From a virus (Duplodnaviria; Caudoviricetes), in the IMG/VR virus record IMGVR_UViG_3300036805_000175, positions 1-64,000 of that record: DNA of 64,000 nt. One strand, given 5' to 3'. The notes below the pieces were generated by a model, which saw only the letters and a program-made list of their open reading frames with translations, was not told where the DNA came from and made no database searches. Positions 62,356 through 64,000 of this stretch are shown here, one piece after another; the stretch's first letter is position 1; each line of letters starts with the position of its first letter. Made by a program: the position numbers and the translations under genes.

Positions 62356-63230
62356 CGGGGACGCAACTCCTCGTTGTAGACGGACGGGTCGGCGGGGTTG
62401 CGGAAGGTCTGGTGACCCTGCTCGCTGGTCCCGCCACCACCGTTGGTTATGCCGTTGACGAAGCTCGCCAGCGTGGACGGATGCTTGGCCGCGATACGCC
62501 ACTGCTCAAGGCCGGCCCGGATGTCGTCCGTTTCCTGGCCCTCGTCGAGCAGCTTCTTGAGCTCTGCGGATATCTGGCCGATCACCCGGTCGGGTGGGCG
62601 CTTGCGGCAGGCGCGAATCCATTCAGCGACGAGCGTTCCGGCTGTCGCCGTTGTGGCTTGCTCGGTCCGCGCTGCCTGCGCCGGCGTAGCCGGAACGGGT
62701 TTGGGTTCGGGTATGGGCGCTATCTCGTTAGAGATAGCCCGGTGCGCCGGCGCGCGCGAGCCATCACTTGCCATCGGCTTGCCAGCAACGTCATGGCTAC
62801 CCTTTGGCAAGTTGTCAGGATTGGATGGCAAATTGCTATCGGGCTTTGACTCCGGGCCATCCGCGTCACGCTTGGCCCACCGCGCCTGAGCACCGCGCCG
62901 GCCTGCTTGCGCCCGTGCCTCACGCGTCTTCGGCGTCGGCAGGTACTGGTCGAAGTCGTGGATCAGCCACCCGTCGCCCTCGTCGCGGGATTCCCAGAGT
63001 TCTTCCTTGACGAGCAGCGCGGCGAGCTCGCGCGCACCCGGCCCGAGGTAGCGCCGCGGCAGGTGCGCGGGAAGCAGGCCCGGCGTCTTGCCTTTGCGGA
63101 GCGTGTTGCGGTGCGCCCAGGTCAGGCAGAGAGTCCATAGGCCGATAGCGGCACCGCCCTGCTCGTGGTCGAGCAAGGCGAGCACCTTGGGGTGGTCGTC
63201 GAACGCATCGTCAATGCGCGCCCACGCCAT
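62352..63230 (-). CDS. Phage replication initiator (replisome organizer)
   Basis: MAWARIDDAFDDHPKV...GLWTLCL...LVKEELWE...GWLIHDFDQY; low-complexity middle; directly upstream of dnaC-like gene. Confidence 0.85.
   Translation of the reverse strand: MAWARIDDAFDDHPKVLALLDHEQGGAAIGLWTLCLTWAHRNTLRKGKTPGLLPAHLPRRYLGPGARELAALLVKEELWESRDEGDGWLIHDFDQYLPTPKTREARAQAGRRGAQARWAKRDADGPESKPDSNLPSNPDNLPKGSHDVAGKPMASDGSRAPAHRAISNEIAPIPEPKPVPATPAQAARTEQATTATAGTLVAEWIRACRKRPPDRVIGQISAELKKLLDEGQETDDIRAGLEQWRIAAKHPSTLASFVNGITNGGGGTSEQGHQTFRNPADPSVYNEELRPR
62760..62840. repeat. Iteron-like repeats inside the initiator gene (candidate ori)
   Basis: CTTGCCA at 62767 and 62778, inverted TGGCAAG 62805, dyad GATGGCAA-A-TTGCTATC 62824-62840. 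Confidence 0.55.
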
Positions 63231-63419
63231 CAGCAGGTGGCTTCCTCGTGCCAGGAACCCTTCGAGAGCACTCAGGGCACCTCTCCAGTCGGGTGTCATT
63301 GGTTGGCCTACGATCTGTGCGAACATCTCCGTTCTGTTATACCATCACGGAGACCGGCTCGTAAGAGCGTAGCGGATATCATGGGGTTCTGCACACTGGC
63401 CAGAACGGGAAGACATGTC

Positions 63420-63680
63420 ATGATGGAGTGCGTGAGCGACCTGACCGAAGCGCGCCTGACCAAGGCGGCCCGCACCTATGCCCGGCTGCGGGACCAGTTC
63501 TCTGACGCCCGCAAGGAACTGACTGCGGCGATCGTGGCCGAGCGCAGGGAAGGCGCGAAGATCGAGGACATCACGGCCCGGGTGCCGATCCGGCAGACCC
63601 AGGTGAACCGCATCCTCGAGGCGGCCGGCCTTACCGAGAAGCGGCCCCGGCCGCTGCGCTCCGTTGACGACGGCTCCTGA
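63420..63680 (+). CDS. Small helical/HTH regulator
   Basis: ARKELTAAIVAERREGAKIEDITARVPIRQTQVNRIL; start may be 63432. Confidence 0.65.
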   Translation: MMECVSDLTEARLTKAARTYARLRDQFSDARKELTAAIVAERREGAKIEDITARVPIRQTQVNRILEAAGLTEKRPRPLRSVDDGS

Positions 63681-63807
63681 CTTCATCCGGCCATCTCCCT
63701 CGCTGCCCGTGCGTTCTGGTCCAGCAGCGCGATAGCTGCCTGGGTGTCCTCAGGCAGCGGCTCAGGCGCAGCGAGGACGACATGCGGGAAGGGCACTCCG
63801 GCGGGGC

Positions 63808-64000
63808 TCACGCGGCGACCTCCGTCCGCACACGGTCAAGCAGCAACGACAGGGCCAGGGCCGCCTGGGCCGGGACCACCCCGTTGCCGAGAGCCTTGAG
63901 CTGGGCGTTGCGGGACAGGCCGGGCACGTCCGTGACCCAGCCCGCAGGCAGGCCCATTAGCCACTCGACGAACGCCGGGCTCAGCCGCTGCCCAGTTCGT
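63808..64000 (-). CDS. C5-cytosine DNA methyltransferase, C-terminal end (partial)
   Basis: Manual translation RLSPAFVEWLMGLPAGWVT...QLKALGNGVVPAQA (motifs IX/X). Confidence 0.85.
   Translation of the reverse strand, partial: RTGQRLSPAFVEWLMGLPAGWVTDVPGLSRNAQLKALGNGVVPAQAALALSLLLDRVRTEVAA

Noticed and set aside
59377-64000. Restriction-modification system (MTases plus nucleases)
   Set aside because: The nucleases look like homing (Zn-finger/Vsr) or MmcB types and are not arranged as cognate REases; orphan MTases are typical phage anti-restriction genes.
1-64000. tRNA, tmRNA or rRNA genes and IS elements
   Set aside because: No cloverleaf, rRNA-like segment, transposase or terminal inverted repeats noticed by eye; tRNAscan/ISEScan not run.

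Overview
The whole window is a high-GC actinobacterial temperate siphovirus with an HK97-type head and a long non-contractile tail, and I see no host housekeeping genes. A rightward unit runs from about 1.8 kb to 47.4 kb. It opens with an AICE/Streptomyces-plasmid-type conjugation module: WhiB, NlpC/P60, small membrane proteins, a TraB/FtsK-like ATPase and DUF2637/SpdA, with a divergent GntR repressor, XRE-DUF5919 regulator and NUDIX hydrolase. It then continues through HNH, a candidate cos region, terminase, portal, protease, capsid, an accessory structural block, neck and tail genes and an extended lysis cassette, ending at a strong terminator. A serine integrase and a second, tyrosine-type recombinase sit mid-window. 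A leftward early arm follows, with a replication initiator, DnaC-like loader, G39P-like protein, two DNA methyltransferases and an MmcB-like nuclease. The most notable observations are: (1) an apparent phage-AICE hybrid, i.e. a potentially conjugative phage; (2) an amino-methyltransferase split by an antisense Vsr-like homing endonuclease; (3) a 3' end of the capsid gene with abruptly different codon usage, next to an EndoVII cassette; (4) a tail protein with a GH-like domain inserted into an Ig domain; (5) unexplained repeats upstream of the capsid gene and beside traB. All protein calls come from motif recognition by eye; no database search was run.
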